This document shows positions 1-9,367 of a stretch of DNA of 64,000 nucleotides, piece after piece. A model generated the notes under the pieces. That model saw only the letters and a list, made by a program, of their open reading frames with translations. It made no database searches and had not been told where the DNA came from. This DNA is from an uncultured Verrucomicrobiae bacterium. Lineage in GTDB: Bacteria; Verrucomicrobiota; Verrucomicrobiia; Chthoniobacterales; JAFAMB01. Every line of letters starts with the position of its first letter. Position 1 is the stretch's first letter. The stretch covers positions 512,001 to 576,000 of the forward strand of contig CAWIPH010000002.1 in NCBI GenBank assembly GCA_963837955.1, read 5' to 3'. The position numbers and the translations under genes were made by a program.

Positions 1-81
1 AGGAGCCGGTTGACGAGTTCCTTTTCTCTTAGCCGGTAGGTCCGGCTTCGCCGAAACGATTGTGAAAGGTGAGAAGTGATT

Positions 82-138
82 GGTGAATGCCGGGAGATCT
101 CTGCCGAGGATTTGCCAATAGGCATCCAACCCTCTCAC
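82..138. repeat. Dispersed ~57-bp repeat, copy 1 (copy 2 at 2853-2910)
   Basis: GGTGAATG..GAGATCTCTG(C/T)CGAGGATTTGCC(A/G)ATAGGCATCCA..CCTCTCAC occurs twice. It has an internal TGCC-N4-GGCA hairpin, and copy 1 is flanked by TCACCAA/TCACCGA heptamers. Confidence 0.8.
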
Positions 139-250
139 TAATCACCAATCACCGATCACTGAGATACCCCCTGAGCTTTCAGCGCAGGGGAAAGCATGTC
201 CCGACCAACCCCTTTTGCATTTAGCGCTAGATCCGGGCTAATCTGTTTCG

Positions 251-1420
251 ATGGCGGGAATTGTTGTTCGACCGAGATCGCGAATTTTTCATGGCCATGA
301 TTGGGTCTATCAAACCGAAGTTCTAAAAGCCTTCGGCGACCCGGAGCCTGGTGAGGTGATTTCGCTTAAAGATGGCCGGGATCGACTGTTGGGGAGCGCA
401 ATTTATAATCCGCGATCGCAAATTGTCGCTCGCCGCTTTTCCCGTCAGCGCCAAGACCTCGATCTCGATTTCTTCATTCGGCGCATTCAGCAGGCCGCTA
501 CTTTCCGCAAAGAATGGGTGAATGACCGCAACCCCGGGCGGGTCGTCTGGAGCGAAAGTGATGGTCTGCCGGGAGTGATTATAGATCGTTACGGCTCCCA
601 TTTCGTATTGCAGACGCTGACCTTGGCGATGGACCAGCGCAAATCTCTCATCGGAGAGGCTCTCCGACAGCTATTTTCACCGGATTCACTTGTCGAACGT
701 AACGACGTGCCAGTCCGCAAAGCCGAGGGCCTGCCTTTGGTCGCTGGGTTGCTTTTCGGCCAGGTCCCCGAAACGCTGGAAATCGATGTGGGAGGCACGC
801 GGTTTCAGATCAATCTGCAAAGCGGGCAAAAGACGGGCTTCTATTTAGATCAGATTGATAATTATGCCGAGGTCGCCCGATTAGCGGTCGGGAAGCGCGT
901 GCTCGATTGTTTTTCCAACCAGGGCGCTTTTGCCCTCGCCTGTGCCCGAGCTGGCGCAGCCAGTCTTACAACCGTGGAGAGCAACGAATCTCTTACCAAG
1001 GCGATAGAGCAAAATGCTCGCTTAAACGGCGTTCAAATTGACGCGCGAAGCGCAAATGTTTTTGACTTTCTCACTGAGCAAATTGAGCGGGAGTCGCGGT
1101 ACGATCTTATCGTTCTCGATCCTCCATCGTTTGCTAAGTCGCGCGACGCTCTGAGTAGTGCCTGGCGTGGTTACAAAGAGATTCATCTGCGCGCGCTGCA
1201 GCTCCTTTCCGAGGAGGGGTTACTTGTCACCTTTTCCTGTTCGCATCACGTGACTCGGCAGATGCTGCTGGAGGTTGTCGTCGGAGCGAGCGTGGACGCT
1301 AAACGGCATCTACGAATGATAAAGTCCCTCGGGCAACCGCTTGATCATCCGATCTTAGCACATCTGCCTGAGACCGAATATTTGAAGGGATTTATTTTCC
1401 AGCGACTACCGGGCAGGTAA
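251..1420 (+). CDS. rlmI: Class I SAM-dependent rRNA methyltransferase, RlmI (23S m5C1962) family
   Basis: PUA-like N-terminus (GHDWVY), SESDGLPGVIIDRY, GQKTGFYLDQ, VLDPPSF, PETEYLKG motifs. Confidence 0.85.
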   Translation: MAGIVVRPRSRIFHGHDWVYQTEVLKAFGDPEPGEVISLKDGRDRLLGSAIYNPRSQIVARRFSRQRQDLDLDFFIRRIQQAATFRKEWVNDRNPGRVVWSESDGLPGVIIDRYGSHFVLQTLTLAMDQRKSLIGEALRQLFSPDSLVERNDVPVRKAEGLPLVAGLLFGQVPETLEIDVGGTRFQINLQSGQKTGFYLDQIDNYAEVARLAVGKRVLDCFSNQGAFALACARAGAASLTTVESNESLTKAIEQNARLNGVQIDARSANVFDFLTEQIERESRYDLIVLDPPSFAKSRDALSSAWRGYKEIHLRALQLLSEEGLLVTFSCSHHVTRQMLLEVVVGASVDAKRHLRMIKSLGQPLDHPILAHLPETEYLKGFIFQRLPGR

Positions 1421-1502
1421 AAGTGGCCGGTAGCCAAGGGGAGAACTGAGGTGTATCGCCGTAACGCGCTTCATCTTGCTATTCAATAGGCCGTCAGGCC
1501 TT

Positions 1503-1558
1503 ATTTGCTATCTGCTATTTGCTATTTGTCATCTGTCATTTGTGATTCGCTTCGACCG
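1503..1558. repeat. Heptamer tandem repeat (ATTTGCT/ATCTGCT/ATTTGTC)n ending in TTCGCTTCGACCG, copy 1 of 3
   Basis: The same unit and 3' tail occur at 15285-15326 and 19052-19093. Confidence 0.85.
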
Positions 1559-1689
1559 GGAGGAGGACCGAAAGAAATCGTGGAGCCATCAAAATGCATT
1601 TAATCGACGACCGCAACAAACTATGATAGGAAGTTGTCAAGCAGCTTTCAGTTGCAGCCAGTTCGGGTTGCAGGAATGATGAAGGCGCG

Positions 1690-2313
1690 ATGTCGGACAG
1701 CATGAAAGAGCCGTTTCTCGATCTCCGCGGAGGCGAAAATTCATCTTCGGACGAGCTCGATTCTCAGGTACAGCGAGCCCAAGAGCAGTTGCTGCAGCTC
1801 AAGCGGCAACAGGAGGCGATCGAGAAACAAAAGCGAGAACTTGAAGAGTTAAGTCGCAAGCAGGATGAGCTGGAAAAGGGCCGCGCCGAGATGGTCGAGA
1901 AGCTCAGCCGGTCCCTGGTTGTGATTGAGCGCCAGACCTACGATGCCGAGAAACGAGTCGAACAACTCAAATCTTCGTCTCTGGCCTTTTCGCAACACCT
2001 CCGGGTACTCGAGCGCATCGACCCGAAAGCTTGGACTAACGACGATCTTCACAAAGAGCTGAGCAAAGCATTGAGTTCGGTCGACGATGCTCGGGCCGAA
2101 TACGGTAAATCGATTACGAAAATAAATGCGGGATCCGAAGACGAAGTCATCGACCCGCATGCATCAACCGAATACGGCGAATACGTGGCCGGTGAAGAAA
2201 CCAGTTTCGTAGCATGGTTTAAGCGGGGATTGGCATTTACTTTGCCGCTTATTCTCTTTGGCCTGATTGCGCTAGTTGCCTTTATCGTGTTTCACTTTGT
2301 GGTGTCGAAGTGA
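1690..2313 (+). CDS. Hypothetical coiled-coil protein with a C-terminal transmembrane anchor
   Basis: E/Q/K-rich heptad region, acidic linker, single hydrophobic helix at the extreme C-terminus. Confidence 0.8.
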   Translation: MSDSMKEPFLDLRGGENSSSDELDSQVQRAQEQLLQLKRQQEAIEKQKRELEELSRKQDELEKGRAEMVEKLSRSLVVIERQTYDAEKRVEQLKSSSLAFSQHLRVLERIDPKAWTNDDLHKELSKALSSVDDARAEYGKSITKINAGSEDEVIDPHASTEYGEYVAGEETSFVAWFKRGLAFTLPLILFGLIALVAFIVFHFVVSK

Positions 2314-2690
2314 TGACCCGCAAACGCTTATCCGCGTCTCCCATCAAAGCCAAAAGGGAGGAGTTGGCTAAACAAGAAGCCGATCTTCGCCGGCAAATGG
2401 AAAATCTGGAGCAGCTCATTGCAGATGCTCCAAAGCTGGCGGAGGCCGAACTCGAACGTCAGCGCCAGGAGCAGATCGCGCGAGCTTCGGTGCGAAGGAG
2501 TCCACTCGACTCCCCCGATATCCTGGAGGATGTGCGCCACGACGCGGAATTGTTTTCGGAACGGCGACGACGACCTCGGCGGGCTCAGCGAAGAGCGGCG
2601 CGCATGCGCTTGGTAGCGCTGGTCCTGACGATAATGATTCTGGGCGCCCTGGTTGTTTTTCTGGCGATCCAATTGGTCAACCGGCTGTGA
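2310..2690 (+). CDS. Hypothetical coiled-coil protein with an Arg-rich juxtamembrane segment and C-terminal TM helix
   Basis: Overlaps the upstream stop (GTGATG); coiled coil, RRRRPRRAQRRAARMR, then LVALVLTIMILGALVVFLAI. Confidence 0.75.
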   Translation: MMTRKRLSASPIKAKREELAKQEADLRRQMENLEQLIADAPKLAEAELERQRQEQIARASVRRSPLDSPDILEDVRHDAELFSERRRRPRRAQRRAARMRLVALVLTIMILGALVVFLAIQLVNRL

Positions 2691-2753
2691 TCGGTAGGGC
2701 CGAGCTCCCGCTCGGCCGTAGCCTGATCCCGCCGTCGCTTCGCTGCGCGCCAT

Positions 2754-2832
2754 ATAAGTCACACGCGACCCATAAGTCACATACGACCCATAAGTCACAT
2801 ACGACCCATAAGTCACATGCGACCCATAGTCC
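2754..2832. repeat. 18-bp tandem repeat ATAAGTCACATACGACCC, about 4.4 copies
   Basis: Directly visible; no unique spacers. Confidence 0.9.
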
Positions 2833-2852
2833 TAGGGCCCCCCAAATAGCTC

Positions 2853-2910
2853 GGTGAATGGTATGAGATCTCTGTCGAGGATTTGCCGATAGGCATCCAC
2901 CACCTCTCAC
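2853..2910. repeat. Dispersed ~57-bp repeat, copy 2
   Basis: Matches 82-138. Confidence 0.8.
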
Positions 2911-2999
2911 AACACGCTCCCGGGGACGAAGGAGGGAGCATCGGCCTACGACGTTAACAATTTGTACGCCCCAATTTTTCGCTGTACTGATCACCAGGA

Positions 3000-3287
3000 A
3001 TGAGCTCCACGAAATTTGACGTTCAGTATGTAGCCGAGCTAGCTCGGATTAAGCTGACTCCAGCCGAGATCAATACCTTTCAATCTCAACTCGCGCACGT
3101 CCTGGAACATGTCGAAAAACTAAATCAGCTCGACCTGACGAACGTGGAGCCGACCGCACATAGTTTTCCGATTTACAATGTGTTCCGCGAAGATCAGCTG
3201 CAACCGTGTTTGCCGCGTGATCTGGCTTTGGCGAATGCGCCGCGTCAGGCGCATGGGCTTTTTATCGTGACCAAAGTCGTGGAGTAG
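3000..3287 (+). CDS. gatC: Asp/Glu-tRNA amidotransferase subunit C
   Basis: VQYVAELARI...VEPTAH...ALANAP...F.VTKVVE; directly upstream of gatA. Confidence 0.95.
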   Translation: MSSTKFDVQYVAELARIKLTPAEINTFQSQLAHVLEHVEKLNQLDLTNVEPTAHSFPIYNVFREDQLQPCLPRDLALANAPRQAHGLFIVTKVVE

Positions 3288-3291
3288 AGCT

Positions 3292-4740
3292 GTGGAAATC
3301 ACGTCACTCACACTTCACGAAACTCGCGAACTACTGAAGTCGAAAAAAGTCTCTCCTCGCGAGGTGATCGAAGCGCTTTGCACGCGGATCGAAGAAGTCG
3401 ATTCGAAAATCCACGGATACTTATCTTATGACCCTGAGAAAGCGATTGCCGACGCCACCAAGGCGGATGTCAGTTTGCCTTTGGGCGGCGTACCGATTGC
3501 GATTAAGGACGTAATCAATGTCGCTGGCCATCCGTGCGGTTGCGCGTCGAAAATCCTGCAAGGCTATATCGCTCCTTACGACGCCACGGTCATTAGCCGT
3601 CTTAGGGCGGCTGGGGCAATTCCGTTTGGACGCACCAACATGGATGAATTTGCCATGGGATCTTCCACCGAAAACTCGGCTTTTGGACCCAGCAGAAATC
3701 CTTGGGACACCGAGAGAATTCCAGGTGGATCTAGTGGCGGCTCAGCAGCTGTCGTTGCCGCGGACGAGGCTTTCGCAGCGCTTGGCTCCGACACGGGGGG
3801 ATCAATTCGTCAGCCGGCGGCTCTTTGCGGCTCTGTCGGGCTCAAACCGACCTACGGGCGCGTTTCTCGATTCGGCTTAGTGGCCTTCGCCTCCTCCCTC
3901 GACCAGATCGGTCCACTCACCAAAGATGTCGAGGATGCGGCTCTATTAATGAATGTGATCGCGGGCGGTGACCCGGCCGATTCAACCTGCCTGGATCATT
4001 CTGTCCCGGATTACACCGCTCAGTTAGGGAAAGGCGTTAAAGGACTTCGCCTTGGACTGCCCAAGGAATACTTCATCGAGGGTCTCGACCCTGAGGTTGA
4101 GCAGCGGGTGCGCGAGGCGGTGCAGCACCTGGAAAAGCTCGGCGCGAAAGTAGTGGATATTTCACTCCCTCACACCGAACACGCGCTCAGCACTTATTAT
4201 CTGATCGCTCCGGCAGAAGCATCGGCCAACTTGGCGCGATTTGATGGAGTGCGTTACGGATTTCGCGCCAGCGAAATCAATGGCTTGCTTGACCATTACG
4301 GTAAGACCCGAGAGGAGGGTTTCGGTCCGGAGGTGAAGCGCAGGATCATCCTCGGGACATATGCTCTTAGCTCCGGGTATTACGACGCCTTTTACCTCAA
4401 AGCCCAAAAGGTGAGGACCTTAATTCGTCGCGATTTCAGCGATGCTTTTGCCCAGGTTGACGCAATCGTTTGCCCGACTTCGCCGACCCCTGCATTCAAG
4501 CTGGGAGAACGCACGGCCGATCCGCTCAGTATGTATTTGGCAGACATCTTTACCCTGGCGGCGAACATGGCCGGAATTTGTGGAGTTAGCATCCCCTGCG
4601 GATTTGCGACCTCTGGGGAAAAGCAACTTCCGGTTGGTTTGCAGATCTTGGGGAAAGCCCTTGATGAAGCCACTATCTTACGTGTTGCCCACGCCTATGA
4701 GCAAAATACCGAGTGGCACCGGCTGAAACCGAAGCTTTGA
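3292..4740 (+). CDS. gatA: Asp/Glu-tRNA amidotransferase subunit A
   Basis: Amidase signature GGSSGGSAA, GSDTGGSIRQPA, NLARFDGVRYG, EVKRRIILGTY. Confidence 0.97.
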   Translation: MEITSLTLHETRELLKSKKVSPREVIEALCTRIEEVDSKIHGYLSYDPEKAIADATKADVSLPLGGVPIAIKDVINVAGHPCGCASKILQGYIAPYDATVISRLRAAGAIPFGRTNMDEFAMGSSTENSAFGPSRNPWDTERIPGGSSGGSAAVVAADEAFAALGSDTGGSIRQPAALCGSVGLKPTYGRVSRFGLVAFASSLDQIGPLTKDVEDAALLMNVIAGGDPADSTCLDHSVPDYTAQLGKGVKGLRLGLPKEYFIEGLDPEVEQRVREAVQHLEKLGAKVVDISLPHTEHALSTYYLIAPAEASANLARFDGVRYGFRASEINGLLDHYGKTREEGFGPEVKRRIILGTYALSSGYYDAFYLKAQKVRTLIRRDFSDAFAQVDAIVCPTSPTPAFKLGERTADPLSMYLADIFTLAANMAGICGVSIPCGFATSGEKQLPVGLQILGKALDEATILRVAHAYEQNTEWHRLKPKL

Positions 4741-4946
4741 CGGTAGAGACACGCTCCCGCGTGTCCGTTTCGTAACGGTGTAGCCTGACCTTTGTTTTTG
4801 TTCTTGTTCTGGTCGCGGTCGTTGTGCTTGCGCGTCTCGGACAAGGCGGCAGCAGGATGCTGGTGAGAGAGGAGAAAATGTCGGCCGCCTCTGCCGGGTG
4901 CCGCCCAGACAGGCTCAGAAGTACTCGGCACGATGTTAGAGGGACG

Positions 4947-5627
4947 TCAGGAGATGACGCCCCGAGGGCGACGCTCGTGAGCCGTTTTGTGATTCGAGTC
5001 AGGAGCCCTTGAAGGCCACGCTCGCATTGCCACTCGGCAAATCGCCAGAAGTTGTTTTCGCGATGCGCCATCACGCGCCTGGACAGCCATCCCGCGAATA
5101 ACGGTGTCGAAGTAGGCAGCGAGTTCTTTAACGTTTGTTCCCGGGGGAAGATCACCGTCAGAAATTCCCTTTCGCAGCCGCCTGGCCAATGCCTGCTCGA
5201 AAAGCTTGCGCAAGCTTTTGGTGAAATCGGCCACCGATCGCAAATGCGGCGGAAGATGCGTGCCCGCTAACGAAATCATACAGCCGGCGGGAGATGCGTC
5301 ATTCGTGAAGAATGCGGCTGCTTCTTCGATGAGCGCCTCGAAAGCGGCGCGGGTGTCCCGATGACTTGAGAAGCCGCGCAAATAGCTTGAGGACACGTTC
5401 AAATAATAATCAACAGCTTCTCGGTACAACTGCTCTTTGCTGCCGAACTCGTGATAGAAGCTCGACGGGCTTAGCTTCATCGCCCCGATCAGATCATCGA
5501 AGGTGGTTCCTTCGTACCCACGATCCCAGAAAAGCACCATCGCCTGCTGGATGGCAGCAGTTCGGTCGAACAATCTGGGTCGCCCTCGTCCACGCTTCAC
5601 AGACTTCGTCTGTTTCGACTCCGACAT
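4947..5627 (-). CDS. TetR/AcrR family transcriptional regulator
   Basis: RGRPRLFDR...LFWDRGYEGT...SSFYHEFGSKEQL HTH. Likely start is MSESKQ at 5627 (the ORF extends to 5726). Confidence 0.92.
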   Translation of the reverse strand: MSESKQTKSVKRGRGRPRLFDRTAAIQQAMVLFWDRGYEGTTFDDLIGAMKLSPSSFYHEFGSKEQLYREAVDYYLNVSSSYLRGFSSHRDTRAAFEALIEEAAAFFTNDASPAGCMISLAGTHLPPHLRSVADFTKSLRKLFEQALARRLRKGISDGDLPPGTNVKELAAYFDTVIRGMAVQARDGASRKQLLAICRVAMRAWPSRAPDSNHKTAHERRPRGVIS

Positions 5628-5847
5628 GGAAATTTCTATTAAATGCCTTTCTGTCCTACCCAAGAAGATAATGCCAGACGTTCTTCGGTCCACTATTCCC
5701 GGGCTCGGCAGGCGGATCGGAGACAAAGCCCGTCCGATCTAGTGGCTCTCCACGTTGAACTAGCGGTCGTGCCAGACGAGACGAACGACCTTTGACGCGG
5801 TGTTGGATTTTTTTTGACATCGCCAAGATTCGAGCCACAGTCATTTA

Positions 5848-5863
5848 TGGAGCTATCGCTCCA
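5848..5863. promoter_or_regulatory. Palindrome TGGAGC-tatc-GCTCCA, putative TetR operator
   Basis: Perfect 6-bp inverted repeat between the divergent TetR and MBL genes. Confidence 0.55.
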
Positions 5864-5905
5864 ATAATCGACTTTATACTGTGAGACCTAAACCTGGAGA
5901 TAGAC

Positions 5906-6868
5906 ATGATTAAGTCCCCGACGATCCTAACCCCCGCCTCGGCCCAGGCCGAGGACGCCCGTCAAGCCGGCGCGGAACTCTTAAACGGCAATGGCTTCTA
6001 TCGCTTCAAGATCGGCGACCTCCAGGCGACCGTGATCGGGGATGGTTATCTGGAGATTCCGGTCGGGCCTATCTTTGCCATAAACGCCACCGAAGCTGAA
6101 CTCGCTCCGGTGTTGGCGGCAAACTTCATGCCGCCGGTGATCCAGGTTACAAACAATGTATTGGTAGTCGACACAGGACGGGAGCGTATCCTTGTCGATA
6201 CCGGTTTTGGTGAGATACTCGGCCCGTCCTTCGGAAACTTTCCCAGGATCGAGGCGAACCTGTGCCGGGCCGGAATGGCGCCGGAGAGCATAGATTTGGT
6301 CGTGGCGTCGCACGGTCACATGGACCATATCGGCGGCTTGGTGACGAAATCGGGCGCGCTGGCGTTTCCGAAGGCTCAGTTTGTCTTTGTTGATACGGAA
6401 TGGAACTACTGGACCGGCAGCCGATTCGAAAGCGAGGTCAACAGTTCGATGCTGCCCGACCCGTTCAAGAAAGGTACAATTTGGGCAGCTCGAGAGAACC
6501 TGCCGCTGGTCGCCGAACGATCGCGGTTCGTGAAGCAAGGCGGCGAAATCACGAGCGGCGTGAACTATATTGCAGCGCCGGGACATTCGCCGTTCCATGC
6601 TGCAATCTTGTTTACGTCGGGCAAGGAGCAGTTCATGCATATGGGTGACATCGCCCATAACCCAGTGACGAGCTTGCAGTGCCCAGACTGGACGCCCGCC
6701 TTAGACTACGAACCCGCGCAGGCGATCAAGTCGCGCAAGGCCATTCTGGACCGCGTCGCGACCGATCGGGTCATGGCGATGGGTTTTCATTTTCCGTTCC
6801 CGGCTATTGGACATGTTGTCCGACACAACATGGCATATCGCTGGGAGGCTACTCCCTGGGCCTGGTAG
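5906..6868 (+). CDS. MBL-fold metallo-hydrolase
   Basis: LVDTG, SHGHMDHIGG (HxHxDH), PGHS, GD, FHFPFP. Confidence 0.93.
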   Translation: MIKSPTILTPASAQAEDARQAGAELLNGNGFYRFKIGDLQATVIGDGYLEIPVGPIFAINATEAELAPVLAANFMPPVIQVTNNVLVVDTGRERILVDTGFGEILGPSFGNFPRIEANLCRAGMAPESIDLVVASHGHMDHIGGLVTKSGALAFPKAQFVFVDTEWNYWTGSRFESEVNSSMLPDPFKKGTIWAARENLPLVAERSRFVKQGGEITSGVNYIAAPGHSPFHAAILFTSGKEQFMHMGDIAHNPVTSLQCPDWTPALDYEPAQAIKSRKAILDRVATDRVMAMGFHFPFPAIGHVVRHNMAYRWEATPWAW

Positions 6869-6899
6869 CGAGTGGATCACATCTCTCCGGAGGCACGCG

Positions 6900-7858
6900 A
6901 TGTCTACCAAGCAGGAGCACTTCAAAATCGCCATCCTGGACGACTACCAGCACGTCGCTCTTTCGCTCGCGGACTGGTCGGTGCTGGATGCGCGGGCAAC
7001 CGTCACCGTATTTAAAGACCATCTCGCTGACTCCGACGCTGTAGTCGAGCGCCTGCAGCCGTTCGACGTCGTCTGCGTGATGCGCGAGCGCACGCCGATG
7101 ACGCGTTCCATCATCGAGCGCTTGCCCAAGCTCCGCCTGATCGCCTCGACGGCGCCCCGGAATGCCTCGATCGATCTCAAGGCTGCAGAAGAGCGCGGCG
7201 TGCAGGTCGTTCATACGGGCTACACCTCGGCACCGACGATCGAACTGACGTGGGCACTTATCCTGGGCAGTGGCCGCAATCTCGTCGCCGAGAACGCATC
7301 GCTGCGCAGCGGCGGTTGGCAGCGGTTCATCGGGGACGACATGGCCGCGCGAACGTTGGGCGTTCTCGGTCTCGGCAATGTCGGCGGCGCCGTCGCGCAA
7401 ATCGGCAAGGCATTCGGGATGAATGTGATTGCCTGGAGTCAGAATCTGACGGCCGAGCGCGCAGCGGAGGTGAGCGCCGAGTTGGTCTCCAAGGAGGAAT
7501 TGTTCAGGCGGGCGGATGTCGTCTCCGTCCATGTCGTCCTCAGCGGTCGGACGCGCGGTCTCGTCGGCGCCCCTGAACTCGCGATCATGAAACCCACAGC
7601 CCGCCTGGTGAACACGTCTCGCGACCGATCGTGGTCGAGGCGGATCTAATTGCCGCGCTCAAAGCCCAGAAGATCGCCGGTGCTGCCATCGATGTCTTTG
7701 ACCAGGAGCCGTTGCCGCTCGACCATCCGTTCCGCACGTTGGCGAACCTGCTGGCCACGCCACACATTGGCTACGTCTCGCGCGGCCTTTACACCCGCTT
7801 CTATCAGGACACGGTCGAGAACGTCCGCCGTTGGCTGGACGGCCAGGCAACGGGCTGA
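6900..7858 (+). pseudogene. D-2-hydroxyacid dehydrogenase with a 1-bp frameshift near 7623
   Basis: IAILDDYQ, MRERTP, GLGNVG. Adding one G at TCTCGCGACCGATC restores NTSRGPIVVEADL and joins the downstream GAAIDVFDQEPLP...TPHIGY part. Confidence 0.85.
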
Positions 7859-8041
7859 CGTGGCCTGCAGGCAGCCCCAGGAAGGAGAACATCAGGATCA
7901 AATGACAATAGTAATCGACATTGTGACAAATGGCAGGTCAGGTGCCCCCCGCCTCGCCCTCTACCCCAATCGGATCAATCCGGGATCGCCGTGGGGCGGC
8001 GCCCTTGCCGCGAAAAGCGCAACTTGAAAGGAGTCTCATCC

Positions 8042-9040
8042 ATGAAAGCCATCCAGTATCGCGCCTACGGCGGTTATGCGGAGAACAGGTTCGTTGATCT
8101 TCCGGCACCGGCTGCGAACGACGGTCAAGTACTCGTGCGGATGCACACGGTCGGGATCAATCCGCTGGATAACACCTTTCGCTCCGGCCACCATTATGCT
8201 GCCACGCCTGAGAATTTGCCGCGGGTTGGCGGTCAGATGGGGGCGGGTATAGTGGTGGAGACAAAGAGCCCCAGCTTCAAAGTCGGTGACCGCGTGTTCG
8301 TCACCGGGCCTGGCTTCGGCATTATTGCCGACGGCATTTGGCGAGAACTGGTCGCTGCACCCGCCGCGGGCCTGATGCCAATCCCCCCGCATATCGACGA
8401 TGATCACGCTGCTGCCTTCCTCGCCGGTGCGGGCTATCTGACGGGGTATCTCGTGCTGACGGAGTTTGTTGCCTTCAAACCCGGGCAAAGCGTGCTTGCT
8501 CCCGGTATAGGTGGCGCGGTGGGTATGGAGAGTGTGCAGATTGCGCGCAAGCTCGGTGCATCGCTCGCAATTTCCACCGCCAGCACTAGCGCGAAAGCGG
8601 AGAAGGCGCATGCTGGCGGCTACGAGCACGTCATCGACCTCTCGCGCGAGAGCCTGCGAGATGGCGTGATGCGGCTGACCGGGGGCAGGGGTGTGGACGT
8701 CATCATCAATGGCGTGGGCGGAAAGCTCACGGGCGAGGCGCTTGGTTGCCTGCTTCCGGGGGGGACGTATGCGGTGGTTGGCTACTCTGGCGGTCGCGAG
8801 GCGAGCGTCAACCTCACCGACATCATCTGGAAGGCGGCCAAGGTACGTGGCTTCACTTTTAGGGCCTTTGCGCCGGAGACGCTGGCCGCAGCGCAGAAGA
8901 CAGTCATCGGCTATCTGTCCGAAGCTGCGATCCAGCCAACCATCGCCAAAGTGTTTCCGCTCTCCGATGCGGCGGATGCGGTTCGCCACCTGATCGAGGA
9001 CCGGCCGTTTGGCCGCGTGCTGATGCGGGTGGGGGACTGA
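8042..9040 (+). CDS. Quinone oxidoreductase/zeta-crystallin-like (MDR family) dehydrogenase
   Basis: MKAIQY, GINPLD, GIGGAVG, GRGVDV, FPLSDAADA; GGAG RBS upstream. Confidence 0.9.
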   Translation: MKAIQYRAYGGYAENRFVDLPAPAANDGQVLVRMHTVGINPLDNTFRSGHHYAATPENLPRVGGQMGAGIVVETKSPSFKVGDRVFVTGPGFGIIADGIWRELVAAPAAGLMPIPPHIDDDHAAAFLAGAGYLTGYLVLTEFVAFKPGQSVLAPGIGGAVGMESVQIARKLGASLAISTASTSAKAEKAHAGGYEHVIDLSRESLRDGVMRLTGGRGVDVIINGVGGKLTGEALGCLLPGGTYAVVGYSGGREASVNLTDIIWKAAKVRGFTFRAFAPETLAAAQKTVIGYLSEAAIQPTIAKVFPLSDAADAVRHLIEDRPFGRVLMRVGD

Positions 9041-9367
9041 GGCCAGGATGCAAGACGCATCCGCGGGCGTCGTGCATTCGTAGCGAAGCTGAACTAGGAA
9101 AAACAGGAGCGGTCGCCAATGGGGGTCACTCCTCCGTTTGTAAAAAATTGTACGCTAACTGGTTCCTGACGTTCAGCCGCGCTACTTCCGGTTAGCCGAC
9201 AAACTGGAAGTCAAGTGATGAGAAGTGCGTTTCTGGTTACTAATTCCGTTGAATTCAAATCAACTGAGTTGATATCAGCGTGTCGGAAATGCGTCGCCGA
9301 ACGAGGCTGGCTTGTCCGCCCTAGATTGTGGGTTTGGGGGACGAAGGAGGAAGCATCAGGCTACGGC

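Noticed and set aside
2754..2832. Possible CRISPR array
   Set aside because: Contiguous 18-bp units with no unique spacers, and no cas genes in the window.
8036..8989. Long antisense ORFs opposite real genes (also 5981-6658, 6849-7532, 28134-28739)
   Set aside because: Expected shadow ORFs in GC-rich coding DNA.
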